A stretch of DNA of 64,000 nt from Vicugna vicugna. Lineage: Eukaryota. The notes under the pieces are model-generated. The model was not told the DNA's origin, did no database searches, and saw only the letters and a list, made by a program, of their open reading frames with translations. A program made the position numbers and the translations under genes. The stretch lies in the NCBI GenBank assembly GCA_013265495.1, contig MU058287.1, forward strand, positions 124,001-188,000, read 5' to 3'. Positions 11,601-25,109 of the stretch are shown in pieces; within the stretch, counting starts at the first letter, position 1; each line of letters begins with the position of its first letter.

Positions 11601-13889
11601 GCATTTTCTCCAATAATGCTTCCTCCAATAATGAGGTTAATTGAGAGACAGCAGTAATGGCTTTATGTGGACGAGAAGCACTAAATATGATTTTGTGACC
11701 CATGGACCTGATGCATCGGCTTCATGGACTCTCTCTCAAGGATATATAAAAATAATGAAACATTCCAATCCAAGATAACTGGGGTAAAGCTTTGTTTCAA
11801 CATAACCTTGAGGGAATCAAGCAGAGTTGCTTGAGTGAACATAGCATGTATCATCCTGATTTGTGTAGATTCCCATAAATGCAAAGCTGGCCTTGATTAG
11901 TAATGCTAATGGCCGGAAACCGCCACCACTCCCAAAGCCTTGCAGCTCATTTTGCAGGGATAACCCCTGGGAGGCTCTTCTTACCATGTGCAGTTCATTT
12001 CTGAACCCTGTCACCCTTTTAAAGAAGCATTACAAATAATTCTATGACATTATGTGGTCTGGAAGCACTGAAGTTTATTAGGAGCAATCAAACCAAGAAT
12101 GTCTTTTGTCTCCTGTGAGTTTGTTGACTTTCGTGCTGGCAGATACTCTTCTAGTTAAGAGAATAGGCTAAGTCTTCCAACCGAAAAGAGAAAGAAAGAG
12201 GAAGAGTAGCAAGAAGCAAAATAATGAATATAATGAGTATGAAATTACTTCTTTCAAGAATCCGATGTGTCTCCAATTGCTATCCAAAGCAGCCTGTTTA
12301 ATGACAAAGAACAATCATACACTTTCAATTAATTCAAGACTAGGCATCCCATCCCATTCATCCACGTGGTGTGTTGCGCAGAATCAAGTCTCACCGCCTC
12401 CCCGGTACACCCTTGTCCCAGGAGTCCCTCGGGTTACTCTAGACTAGATGCTGGGTTCCTGCTTAACTAACCTTGACTGATGGGTGAAGATGAGGATGTC
12501 CCTCTCTCAGTAAAAAGCTGGTGGGTCCAAGAAGGTCTTGGAAATGTGGACCAGTTCTAACCTAGGACGGGATCCAGGGTATCTTGAGTTTGCATGTGCC
12601 AGGATGAGCTTCTCTAGAATTTGAGCTCTTTGAGTTTAGTCTCAGAGCTATTTGTTAAGTAACCGTTTCAGGTGTTATAATCGTGTTCTTGTAAAGACTT
12701 TGTGAAGATTTTTCTTGTAACAACCTAGTCTAGAACCCTTTAAAACTCGTTTTTGCTTGTGGTGGGTCTGTACCGCACCTGCTTCCGTAAGGAAACATGG
12801 AAAATGGAACTTGAAATTTCAAATACACACTCAAAGAAAAAGTATCTAGCAATTATTTTCAAGAAGTGGTTCTTCAAAGCCTTCATTTATTGACATACTA
12901 GCTCACTCTAAGACATCTTTTAGAAAAATTTTGTGATGCGTATAAGTTTAGATCATCATACATACCTCTGCAATTTAAAAAAAATTTTCATTTCTGATTT
13001 TTAAATGAAGAGATTGGCTTAAGTGGAAAGCAAATTTACCAATTAATATTAGTTACTTATATTAATGTCTGTGAATGTAACACAAAGGAAGGGAATTTGA
13101 TTCTATTTGAAATTGTAAATAAAAGCAAATGCCTTTCCTTCTGTTTTGATATTAAGGGGAAATGCAGGATGTAATACATTTAATATCTGCTGATCCTCTC
13201 TTTATTAAATTTTTGCTCAGGTACCTAAAATCAAATTCTTTTCTATTTTCTTTAAGCCTTCATTGATGTTTTAAGTTTCTTCAAATGCCCTTTTCCTTTC
13301 TCTTCACCTTTGAAGTTAAAAATATAATATCTGCTAGGTCATATTTTATGGTTAAACCCAGTTCATTTAGGGTTGAGTCAATCATAGACTTGCCCCCTGC
13401 ACTGAAATGAGTGATACTTGAGTTGCCTACGAGGGAAAGTTCAGAGGTGAGGATTCATTCCAGATCAATAAGCAAAAAGAGCCTTTTCCTCCCATAACAG
13501 GAGAGATGCTCAGAAGATTGTGAATCTCTAACCTAGGTGAATAGTCTTACAGTCACCTTTTTGACAGCCCTCTCCAAAGACCAAGGACATAATATGACTA
13601 GACAGATGCACCTGATAGGGAACCAAGTTGCTTCCCAAACATCTTATATATTCTTCTCTCCTAAGTGAAAACCAAGGATTTTCTGCCTAGGTGATCTATT
13701 TAATGTGTACACATTCATGCCAACACAGAGTGGTCAGCTTTCTCAATGCCTGCAAGACAAATTTCTCTACACAAAAAAGAATCACACTTTAACAAAAATT
13801 TCCTTGTAGGTGCCCGCTTTTAATCACACTACAACGAAAACCACACATTTGTATCCAGAATATTCAAAGGACAGAAGTTCTAGTCAAGT

Positions 13890-14180
13890 CAATAGTTATT
13901 TGCAAGTACATGGAGCTCACTCAGTAGCAAGTACTGAGTGCTAGCAGCCAAGACAGTGGTGACGAAGAATTGGCCTTGTCCTTCAAGGGTCTCACAGTCT
14001 AGAGAAGGTGACTTTATAAGCTGTATCAACCAGTAAATTAAAAGAAGACATGATGAGTATGACAATACAAACAGGTACAGAAGTTGCCCACAAGAGGAAG
14101 GGATTTCAGTGAGTGGGTCCTGGAAGACTTCCCAGAAACGCTGATATCTGAGCTCTGGTTTGAAGAATGACTGAAAACTG
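13890..14180 (-). mobile_element. L2 3' fragment
   Basis: Antisense L2 motifs ccttgtccttcaagggtctcacagtctag and ggaagacttcccagaa...tctgagct. Confidence 0.65.
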
Positions 14181-14186
14181 ATTGGA

Positions 14187-15080
14187 TGCATACGTTAGTG
14201 ATGCTTTCAGCTGCAAGTAACAGAATGCCCACAGGTATTCACCTGGCTCACTCTTTCTCTTCATTCAAGTCTCTGCTCAAATTATTCCATCTCAGAAAAG
14301 CATCCATGAATAATCTTTTTAAACTAGCCTCCTGTCATTGTCTATCCCCTTAACTCACTTTATATTCTCCATCATGATTACTGCACACTGAATGTTTGTT
14401 CTTTTATTTATGATGTATGTCGCCTCTGACTTGGTACGTGCCCTGTGAGATTAGGGAGTTTATGTGTTTGATTTACTGCTGTAGCCCAAGCATCAGGAGC
14501 AATGTCTAAATAATTCAGTATTTGTTGAGTGAATATCCAATCAACTATGGCTTAAGCAATAGAGATATTTAATATCTCATAAACAAAAAGCCTGTAAGCT
14601 GGTATTTTCAGGGTAATATTGCTCAGCATTATCCTTTGAGGCTCATGCATTTTTTGTTTTCCACCTTTTTACCTCCAAAGCGTTGGCTTTCTGTCCTTGT
14701 AATTGCTACCCACAATCTTGCAACCCACAAGAGGATTGATAAACCACCAGACTGAATCACAGCCTTTGCAATCATGTTCAAGGCAGGGAGAGGAAGAAGC
14801 TCTTAAGGGAGCTTTCCCTAAGGGTATGTCTCTTCATCATACAAATGAACCTTTCCCAGAAGCTCCATCAGCTGACTTCCCCAAGACCTCATCGGTTAGT
14901 ACCATCACATGGCTAGGACCAGCTGCAGGGAATGCTGGGAAAGCAAGTAGGAGAAGAAAGGAATGAGGTTACCATGAGGGCTTAAACTAATCACGATCTG
15001 TGCTTATGGGTTGGGTGTGTTGCTGCCCAAACAAAATCTGTAGTTTCAAGAAACAGGATAAGTAACAAATTTGGGGAATA
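14187..15080 (-). mobile_element. Old MLT1 (J/K-like) LTR split by an L2 insertion
   Basis: Left part gctgcaagtaacagaatgccca (to 14231) resumes at 14535 as ccaatcaactatggcttaagcaat. Later ccatcacatggcta...agctgcagggaatgctggga is typical of MLT1. Confidence 0.65.
14232..14534 (+). mobile_element. L2 3' end nested in MLT1
   Basis: ctggctcactct...ttcaagtctctgctcaaat, ending cagtatttgttgagtgaat, the L2 terminus. Confidence 0.75.
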
Positions 15081-15762
15081 ATAATTAAATGTGAAGTAAG
15101 GGAAAACTAATATGATTTTAGGTAATGTATTGTTTATGTTGATATGAAAAATAGATACTGTAGAACTGATGAGACTAATCCTAGACATTTTGTATCTTAG
15201 CCATGAAAGGCATATTTTTTTCATTCATTTTCTGCCAATGCCATTTGTTGGTGCATTCTCAGCAGTATTACCACAAACTACCTAAATCTGACATTTGAAG
15301 TCCTTCTCAAAGAAAATCACATGCATTACACAATAGACTTAATGGCTTATCTTCAATTTCTGAAACTCCATACGAAATTTGTCAGAGGTAGCCCTGCTTT
15401 CACCCAGCAACTCAGATATGCAGACACTGGGGTCAGTGAGTAAAATCTTCCATTAATAATAGCCCCCTAGATATTGTGGAGAATTACTGTGTCCTGTGTA
15501 CCCTCTCACAGAGTTCCCATTCTCTCTGGGCAAAGAAGCCACAAAAATATCTCAGGAAATGAAGCTACTGTCTTTCCATATTTATATCCATAAGTAAGTT
15601 ATACACTTTGAAATAGGTGATGGAGAAAAGGTAAAACTGGCCTTTAATAATGTTAGCAATGTGATGCATATTCTAAAGTAGATATGATTCCTGATCTCAA
15701 AGATATGACCGCCCCTCAGCCCTTATTTAGGGGACCAGGAACAAGATGCAATATTAGTTGTT

Positions 15763-15890
15763 TTTGTTTTGTTTTGTTTCTTGTTTTTTTGAAGGGGAGG
15801 TAATTAGATTTATTCACTTATTTATTTTTAATGGCGGTACTAGGGATTGAACCTAGGATCTCGTGCATGCTAAGCATACACTCTACCCCC
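15763..15890 (-). mobile_element. Vic-1-like tRNA-derived SINE, 5'-shortened
   Basis: Minus strand reads gtagagtgtatgcttagcatgcacgagatcctaggttcaatccctagtacc (B box) plus an A-rich tail. TSD TAGTTGTT at 15755-15762 and 15891-15898. Confidence 0.88.
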
Positions 15891-17334
15891 TAGTTGTTGA
15901 TTAAAAATAGAAAAGAGAAGAAAAGGGAAACACTATGCATTTTTCTTCTTCCTTCTCTATGTATTTCCCTCCCTCCCTATCTCTCTATTTCTGTCTCTCT
16001 CTCTCTTTCTTTCTTACTTTTCCTCCCTCATCTTTCTACTGCACCCAGCTCCTTCTTTGTAGGAAAAGGAACAACAATTCGCTGTGTGGGTGTTCCTGAA
16101 ATTACTACAGTCCCTGTGGGCGTTTTGAGGTGACTCTTACCTGTTTTAGCTGGATCACAATGTGCTGTGTTAAATCAGCCGGTATCAAAAGGAACATGCC
16201 CCCCCCCCGAGGAGGGAGCCAGTGGACTTTCCACCTACACAGAACGTATTAACTTTGTGTTATACAGTTACCATGCTAATGATCTGCTTATTTTACCAAA
16301 AATAGCCAGTCCTGGATAGGAATTTCATTCATCATGCCTTTTGATAACTCTCCTAGGAACAAAAGTTGAGGCATAATTCAGGCTTTGGGGCTCACTCCTG
16401 GAGACACAGGCGGGAAGACGGGAAGACGAGGAGGTGGGAGACGGGAGGGGAGAGCGTGAGTGTAGCCACAGCCCGCAGGGGGCCCTGCCAGCCCTGCCTC
16501 CCGTCTCCTTAGTCCTCTGAAGCAACTTCTCCAAGAAGTTTCCTTCTTCAGAATGTCCCTTTATCCCATAGGTTAGCTCTGTGCTTCATTTACACGTCGG
16601 AACAAACATCCCAGGAGTTTGGGCTGTGGGGGCAGAGTCAGGCAACATGAGGAACACGAAGGGGGAGGAGTCACCGAGGGAACAGCAGGAGCCCTTCCGT
16701 CCCAGTCTGCCTTCATGCTTCTCTGGGCTCCCTCTGCTGGGTCCATTACTCCCCAAGGGGACACTGGGGAGGGATGTGAAATAAGAAAGAATCCTGAGCA
16801 TAAATCAGTGGTGTGCCCAGGTTGGAAGGCATGAATGGAGAAGAGTTTCCTGTGGCCATTTTTATACCCTCACCACTTAACACTAAGGGGGGGGGCCCTC
16901 CCCTTTTGTCACTTAAAAATCAACTACAGAATTAGAACGACTATCTTCCTACCAGCACGGATAACTAAGCAGAAAGAGCCTCAGTGCTCCCATGCACAGA
17001 AAATAATACGAACCTGCACATGCCTGGGATTGCTGTCAAAATCAGCATTGAGTCAGCAAAGGAAAAGAGCCTCCGCAGATTCATTGACATGGTAACATTT
17101 TTGTCTGAATATTCAGAATTCTACTTGTACCCGCTTCCTTCCCCAATTACCATAGGGTCCTTAAAGAACACACCGCATACCCAGAAGCACTGGCTGTTGC
17201 CTTTCTGTTTTTGCTTCCAGCCTGGGCACGAGCAGTTCTGTTCACACCTCCTGAGACTCCTGGCCGTCTTCCTTCCCATAGTGGCAAAACTCACCAGCAG
17301 CTGAAGAGCCTGAAAAGTCTATGAGTGAGAGCAA

Positions 17335-17600
17335 GCCTCTACTACATGCTGCCGAGGCCCAGACCCTACACCAAGGCCTTTATTCTGGTTATTTATTTAA
17401 TCCCCATGGCCCCCAAAGGCAGGACTTCCTATCATTCCCACTTCACGGAAGGTGCTTTTGTTGTACAGCTTGATGGATGGGGTTCCCATTTTACCGGTCG
17501 CTGGCCAGGGGTCCACGACAGAGAAATAGTGCAACTTGAACTTGAACCCAAGCCCTCTCATAAGGGAGTGCTGGTTCCTCCAATACACTAAACTTTTTGA
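17335..17600 (-). mobile_element. MIR remnant
   Basis: ttatttatttaatcccca, atcattcccacttcacgga and acttgaacccaag motifs. Confidence 0.5.
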
Positions 17601-18511
17601 ACCAAACTCAGTTTTGCTTGTCACCATTCACCCGGTAGACATTTTCAGCTACATTCATGAAGTCTAAGCTGACCACAATTTCTCATTTTGGGCGATGCAT
17701 CAGAAATTTGAAAGAGACTTACACAGCATCTGGCTCAAAAGCCACTGTCTCTTTCCTCAGGGCTGTTAACAAAATCCTGTTCATTTGGGCTTATTGTTAT
17801 TTCCCTTTGATACACTACTTCGTTGGCATCACAGAGCCAATGGTTTGTGCAGTTTTACAGGCCAGTTTATAAAGTACAAATTTTGGCAAGAAAGGAACCT
17901 CTTTCTGCCTTGACTTCTTGTTGTAACAACTGGATACAGATTTAAGCCATTATGTATTTTACCCAATATGCTTGGTTTTTTTTAATATGAAAATAAAGTT
18001 TTATCAATAGAATTAGCTACATTTTTTTAATGGATACTGAATGTATCCAGTATCATCTCTAAATCATCTCTAGGCTTCTAAGAAGGCGTAGTTCAGAGCT
18101 GTACAATTTCGAAAGAATATTTCTGGCAAGAAATGAGCCAGTACCTTCTGCATGGGTGTCCTAACAAATCAGTTGTGCCTACCCAGTGTAATGTTTTATT
18201 AAGACTTCCTGAAAGTTTTTGGTCAAGTCTGCTTTTCTTTTTAAATTTATAATTTATTACCACACCCCTCCCCCCCCATCTGTTTTCGACAAGGATTTGA
18301 GGTGGTCTAAGTCAGATCAGTTTATCAAAGTGGTCCAGCCTCCTGGGCCTCCACATTGTTCAGCAAAGGCCGCCTGTAAATAATCTTGCCTGTTTGGTCG
18401 TGTCCTCTGTTATGTTGCAGGATACACAGAGAAACTTTCCCATGCACCATATCTTGAAATGTGAGGCAAGCCAGCAGAATGGGGAGAAACCTCCAATAGA
18501 CCTGGCAAATT

Positions 18512-18720
18512 CAGTTAACATTTATTGAGTGCTTTATGCCAGTTACTGTGTTAAATGCACTCACACGATTTCGCTTACTCTATTAGGGGATCTTATAAAA
18601 ACAAGAGGCAGTAGGCAACAGGAGGCTCAGTCATCCCTACAGACAGTGAAGCCAGCGAGAGGACCGGGGCACCGAGGAGGGGACGCTGCTGTCCGGCTGG
18701 GTCACAGCCAGGTCTCACTG
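18512..18720 (-). mobile_element. MIR remnant
   Basis: taacatttattgagtgctttatgccagttactgtgttaaatgc, the antisense MIR 3' end. Confidence 0.6.
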
Positions 18721-20784
18721 TGCTCGGTCCTATTTAGAGAATAATGCCGGTCTTATTAGACCTGGTCAGAAATGTTTCACGAACTCTCTGTGCCTGAAGA
18801 AGTCTCAAGCAAAGATGGCAGTAAGGAGTAAGGGAGGAGATAGAAAAGAAAGCTTTATGGGGGAAAAGTCGCCCCTACGAAGTAAATTTTCTTTGGGCCT
18901 CCTTGCTCTGCATCAAAACAGATGTTTCTCCCCGATCTTGGCACCTTCCTGAGATGCTGATCTTCAAAGTAATTAGTTTAGTATAACCTCCTGGCTCTTA
19001 ATTGATGAGAAGTGTTCTTGAACCAAAAAAAAAAAAAAAAAGAAAAATCCATAATTGGTCAGCAATACTAGAGGGGGCCTCAGCAGATGACAAGGAGTTC
19101 AGGTTGACCAAATGCCAAGGAAAAAACTCCTGAAGTGCCGTCAGGCCGACCGATGGCTGACACTGGCGCTGCATCATTGCTTCTTTGAGCTGTTTTGGTT
19201 CCAAAGATGACTCTTTGCTTTTTGACACCTTCCACTTTATTTCTACAGCGTAGATCATCACAGAATGACTTAAAGGCAAGAACACAAATCCACGCCAATT
19301 TCCACAGTAGGCACTTACTACTTTTGTAATAGGAAAACTGCACATGGAGTCTCATTTGGGAATGGCTTCTCATTTAGAGATGTTTATGCTCTAAATTTTA
19401 AAGGTAGATTGTTCATAGAGGAAAAAAGAAGGAACATTGATATGTTGTTGATATGATACTGAAAAACAAACATACCAGCCTCTCCATAAAGTCTTTTCCC
19501 ATTGCAAACTGGATAGAACTTGCTACAAATGTTCCTAGTTTGTTTATGTGTATAATCTAAAATAAACAAAACACGGAAAACCTTAGCCTTCTTCCTTTCC
19601 TGTCTTAATAGCAATTCAGAGGCAGTGAAGTGGGCCATTTGTGGGTGTCCCAGCTGGGAAAGTACTCAAACGCCCTTGTAGCCCAGGACCAAAGACCCTG
19701 GCACTCCTCTTTGTCAGTCTGTTTTGAGGGACTCTTTCTCTCAGCAAATGGACTCATGCTAACTAAATGATTACAGATGGAAGTGCAGCTCAGAGAGATA
19801 ATTTATAAGGACAGAAAAACGTCAGACCAACTGGAGTCTCCATAAGCCCTTCCTAGAGGCAGAGCAACGTTGAAGAAGGCAAAGTGTAGCTGAAAGAATT
19901 CTGGGTGAACTCAAAATCAAGGCAAGGGGTGCTCACTGGATGACAGTAGCAGTGGGCAGTCAAATTCCTGTGGTCTGACCCCTCCTTCGGCACCTTAAGA
20001 ATTGATTTGCTAAGTAGCCTGTAATGCTACCTCGCGTGGCCAGGGGACCCCATCCTCTTTACAAAGCTGGAGACACATTCTTGCTCTTTAATGCCCATAA
20101 GCCTACCCGCTAGGATGATCACTTTTATCCTGTTAGCATATCCTTTTTGGGTGGTCCTAGTTCATTTGACCAGGATTCATCTTCCGCTGTTAACAAACAG
20201 TATTCTGATACAACACCCAAGGCACTGAGTGTAGGCAGTCATTGACACATAGCCACCTAATACAGGCTGCGTCTACAAAAGGATGCTCTAAGTACTTATT
20301 TAATTAACTTTTATTAGGTTATATTACATCGGAGTTTTCTTTATTCTCAGATGGGGCTTTAAATTCAAGTTGCGATTAGCTGGATGTCTCTCTTAGGTAC
20401 TTACAGCTACCCTGTGAATACTCATTTTAATATAATCATATCTAGTAACTATAGTTTCCTCTTATTAAGAAAAGAGAGACAGCAAGAGTTTGATTATTCA
20501 GTGATTTTATGATGATGGAAGGTCTAAGTCGTTTTTTGAAAAGGAAACTTCTATCCATGCTTCCTGGTTAATTGATAGTCTTCGGTGTGTTTATTCTATT
20601 TATTGTCACTTGACAGAGAGTGGGAGAAGCCTTGCTCAGTTAATCTGGGAGTGGAATTCAATTTAAAGTGGATGAATTTAAAACTTTGAATTCATGAAGG
20701 AGGGTTAGTTGTTAGAATGCTAAACGCACCTACCTTATGGGGTGACCTCACCTGTGCGAGGTGTAAGGTAACCAGATGTTGTCA

Positions 20785-21000
20785 AAAGAGCCTGAGCTGA
20801 AGACAGACGCAGGTTCTTATTCTGGATCCACCATTTCCTAATGCGGAGACTTTAACTTCTGATTTGAAGTTTTCTAAAGCTAAGCTTCTTTATCTATAAA
20901 ACCAGGAAAATCGCCGTAGCTACCTCAAGGTCGTTGTGATTCTTAAATAAGACCTTGTTTGTGAAGCCTCTGGCCCATAGATAGTTGAGACTGAATAGAT
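20785..21000 (+). mobile_element. MIR
   Basis: ggttcttattctggatccaccatttccta and gcttctttatctataaaa core, then ctacctcaaggtcgttgtgattcttaaat. Confidence 0.7.
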
Positions 21001-21039
21001 GTAAGCCGTCCCTCATGAAGTACTAGGAAAGATGGCACG

Positions 21040-21460
21040 CATGTCATATCCCCGCAATGACGAAGTGTAGCGATGGAGAGCAGACCCTGGCTGCCAAGGG
21101 CTAAGGCTGGGAGAGAGCGTGGTTCTGAAGGGACAGCATTAGGGAGTTTCTTTACGGTGATGAAACTGTTCTGAATCCTGATCGCGGTAGAGGTTACACA
21201 AGTGTATGCGTGTGGTTAAATTTCCTAGTACAATACACCTTCTCAAACAGAGCACATGTAAAAACTGGTGGGATCTGAAGAAGGTCTGTAGTTTAGCGAA
21301 TAGGATTGTACCCATGTCGGTTTTCTGGTTTTGAAAATGTACCGTGGTTATGTGAGGTGTTGTCACCAGGGAAAGCCGGGTGAAGGAGACGCAGGAACTC
21401 TCTGTATTATTTTTCAGCTTCTTGTAAGCCTTAGAGTATTTCAAAATGGAGAGTTAAGAA
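21040..21460 (+). mobile_element. L1MC-type 3' UTR
   Basis: ggtgatgaaactgttctg, catgtaaaaactggtg and ggaactctctgtattattttt motifs. Confidence 0.75.
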
Positions 21461-21479
21461 AATATAAAGCACCAAGAGA

Positions 21480-22280
21480 GATGTGATGCTGCAGCAGACG
21501 GAAGAGACTGGTCCTTGCTTTCATGGAGTTTCCATTCCACTGGGAGGAAAAACTGTTAATGACACGGTCAACTACTGAATCCCAATTACACTCAGTGTTA
21601 TAAGGGAAAAGCTTAGCAGGCCACGGGAACGCAGGGAAAGGGAGCCTGGGGCAACTCAGGGGAGGCTTCTTGGCGGTTATGACGTTTCTGACCCCATCTG
21701 TATGGTAAGGGTGGGCTGGGAGGGGTGGTGGAAGGCGCTCCAAGCAAAGGGAGCAGCACACGAGGGGGACTGGGGTACAAGGAGCCCTCCAGGAGCTTAG
21801 AGGGGCCAGCAGGTTAAAGGGCTGGTTGGAGCCAGAGCTCAATGGGCTAGTGTTGTAAGCAGAGGCCTGTGGTGGGTCAGGGAAGGAAGACAAGAGACTG
21901 GGGTGGGGGAGAGGGCAGGAAACAACTGCATGATGAAGGTAACATCAGCTGAGCTTGGATTTTGAAAAACAAAAAATAGTACTGAATTTCAAGCTGCAGT
22001 TATCAAAAGAACAAAGGAATGAGCACTCGGAGGTGTGTGGTGAGTTTGGAAAATGGCACATAGTGTTGTGACTGGGTCCCTGGAAGAAACTGGAAAGGGA
22101 CTGGAAACAGAATTTGGGGTCAGGTCACAAAGGGAGTTTTGATTTTATTCTGCAGGCAAGGGGGAGCAATCACAGGCTTTAAACTGGGAAGTTCTTAAAC
22201 GTTTTTATAAGATAACTCTGAGGCCAAGAAAAAGCAGAAATAGAGTTGAGAGGACACTGAAGCCAGTGTGTCTCGACGAG
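21480..22280 (-). mobile_element. L2 fragments
   Basis: gtccttgctttcatggagtttccattc, tcaggggaggcttc and gagttttgattttattctgcaggcaagggggagc motifs. Confidence 0.6.
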
Positions 22281-22864
22281 AGGCTCCCACAGCAGTCCAG
22301 AGCAGGGACAGTGTGGCCTGGAGCTGGAGTACAGGCCGTGAGCCCCGGGAGCGGGGAATGACAGAGGGGCCTTTGTGAGAGTCAGCTCAACAGGCAGTGG
22401 TGACCTCAGGTCCAAGCTTCACGGCTAGCCTTCTAGTCCTCTGAGGTGCTCGTGTAAGCGCAGAAACATACACATAGCCTGTCCATTGCAACGGTATTGG
22501 AAATGGTAATAATCGGAACAAATGTCCGTATTCATTACTGAGTGCTTCGGTAAATGAGGGTGAACAGTATACAGTGGGGACTATGAAGAGCTGAAGAAAA
22601 ATGGGGCCTCTCTTTAAAATATTTTTAAATTAAAAAATTCCAGAGGACTAGGTATAGTTGATCTAATTTTGTATAATAATGTGTGGAATGCATTTTACAT
22701 GCATGGAAAAAAATCTTGGAGGATCTATGTGTCCTTTTGGCAATGACTGTCTCTGCAGGGTAAGATTGCAAAGAATTTCTGTACATTTCTTTATGGTGAT
22801 TGATTTATGACAAATGTTTTCCTATTTCAAAATATCTGTCTGTTGCATTTACACACAAGTAGCA

Positions 22865-23255
22865 TGTCTTCGACTGGGCTTCCCGTGAACAGGCTCTGAG
22901 ATGGCGAGTGCAGGCAGGAGGGGCTCTGGGGAGCGGTACCTGTTAGGAGTGAGGAAGACAGCATTGGGGAGATGGGGAGGATGACCCACACTATAACAGG
23001 CACCCTGGGAGCTCTAGAGCAAGGATGACCCTTGCCCTAAATTGAGGCAAAGCGGCTGGGTCTTTGTATCCTTGCATGCATCAGTCATTGGATTTAGACT
23101 GCCCGCAGGGGGGAGGCATGGCCTTGGGCCAGGCAGTTCCCTGCAGCTGAAGGCATTTCCCAATGAGGGATGCAGCTTATGGTGGCCAACATCTGCAGGA
23201 TGGTTACATGGGCCCTGAAGAGAGGACCTGGGAGAAGCACTCCAGTATCCACTCC
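22865..23255 (-). mobile_element. ERVL LTR (LTR16-like)
   Basis: tgtcttcgactgggcttccc...ctctgagatgg start and catcagtcattgga motif. Confidence 0.55.
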
Positions 23256-23849
23256 AGTTAATTGATAAAGTCCAAAATTTATTTTCTGACTTTGCAAACC
23301 TTGCTGAATTACCACATGTACCTTTCATGAATACAAACATAAAGGAGAAAAAGGGATGATCTCAGTGCAGAACAAAATTCAGTGAAATGAAACCTTTTCA
23401 ATTAAAACAACTTTAGCAATTTGGAATAGACAGCAATTTATGTAACCCAATGAAGGGTGCTTTCTCTAGTCTACCCTTTCATTGAAGGTCTGGGTCTCTA
23501 TTGGGCAGGCCCCTTGGGTTCAGGACCCGCTCCATCAATCTGCATGGACCCCAGGCCATTGTCATCCATCTCCGTGGCCACAATTCACAGAGCACTCAGA
23601 TTCTGGTGCTGGCCTTTGCCTCCAGGGCAGTTCCAGTTTCTGTGTTTGCTACTGTTCTGATTTTTCCCGTGTTCTTTTTTTGTCTGTATGGTTTTTTGGG
23701 CTCCTAGTGATTTCCCATCCTTTCTCGTCTGCTCAGCAATGCATTTGAAAGTATATTTGTCGTAATTTATTTAGCACCCAGTGTCTCACAGCAGGAAGGG
23801 TTTCCAGTGTCTCTAGTCCACAGGGCTGTGGAGAGCTAACCCCCCGACG

Positions 23850-24860
23850 TCTATACCAAAGGCAGGTTTTCCTTTTTCTGCTTATAATGTGACTTTCAGT
23901 TTAAGGTGGTTTTATATCTTTCCTAAGTTCTATCCATTCACTTTTGTCCTCTTCTCTGGCTCTGTCTTCTCTTCTTTGAGTCTCCATCTTTCATCTTTGA
24001 CTTCTTTCTTTAATGGAGAATTACTGGATCATAAATTAATTAATTTGTCTTCTGGTTTGTATTGTTCAGTTGCCCTTTAGTGGGGTCATATCTAGCTTTA
24101 TCTCTTTCTCTCTCTTTCTTTTCTGGTATCCATGTATTTATGCTATTTCATGCTATTTCTTTTCTTATGATTACTCATCCTTAGATCGGTTTGCTCTTTC
24201 TGAGCCAACTATCTGTGAAGGGCTGGAACAGGAGACAGCCAAGGGAACTGAGCAACAGCAGCTTGAATTTCTGTCTGTTTCCCACCACCACTCTCCCCTA
24301 GAGGATGGCTTCTCTCTGGGCTGGACTCATTCTTCTCCCCTTGACTCATACTGATCACAGCCCTTTTATATGGGGACAGGAAGGTGGTCTTCATCAGGTG
24401 AGCATGAGCTGTCCATCCAGGCTGCTTACCAGATCCTTTCTCGTTTACCTGACACATCGACATCCTGCTTCTTGCAGAGATTCCATGCCGGCCCGCTTCC
24501 ACCTTCAGCATCATCACCTCTGACCCCTGAACATTTCCCCAGTGTGCCCATGCACCTCAGACCTCCTGCTCCCAACAAGGGTCACTCCATGTCCATACTC
24601 GCAGTGTGCCACCTGGAGCGATCTCTCTGTCCTGCTCACTCGACCAGAGTACCCTCAGAGGGTCTTGTTTCTTGCATCAGAGTCTTCCCTTGCCCTGGTT
24701 CAGTTTCTCTAGTACTTGACAGCCTGTTGAAAAGAGTGATGTTTGGATTTTGGAAGTTTCCTACTTGCATTGATCTCTCTCTGTTTCTCATTCTCCTTAT
24801 TCTTGGTTGACTTCTAGAAAGAGAGCCTTTATAGTCTTCTATCCTGATCTGGAAGTTCAG
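23850..24860 (-). mobile_element. Highly decayed L1/HAL1-like 5' region
   Basis: T-rich antisense LINE-like composition ending atcctgatctggaagt. Family uncertain. Confidence 0.3.
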
Positions 24861-25109
24861 GGAAGGATTATTTTAGGATGAGAGAAGACTTAAACAGGCG
24901 AGGGAGGAGCGAACTGATAGCAGGTCTGAGAGAGGATGGGCTAGAGGAAAAACTTTGGGACGAAGGGCTTGTCTCCTCACAGGAGGACAAAAAATGTGGG
25001 TAACAGAAGGGAGAACATTTAGGTCAAGAGGAAGAAAATTGAAAGAATAAAAGGGTACTTGCTTCTGTGGGAGATGTAGGCAGACCACACACGAGGACCA
25101 GCAGTGCAC

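Noticed and set aside
21441..24810. ORFs of 100-150 aa (21441-21893, 23014-23340, 24370-24810)
   Set aside because: They lie within decayed L2, LTR or LINE sequence and show no protein similarity that I recognise.
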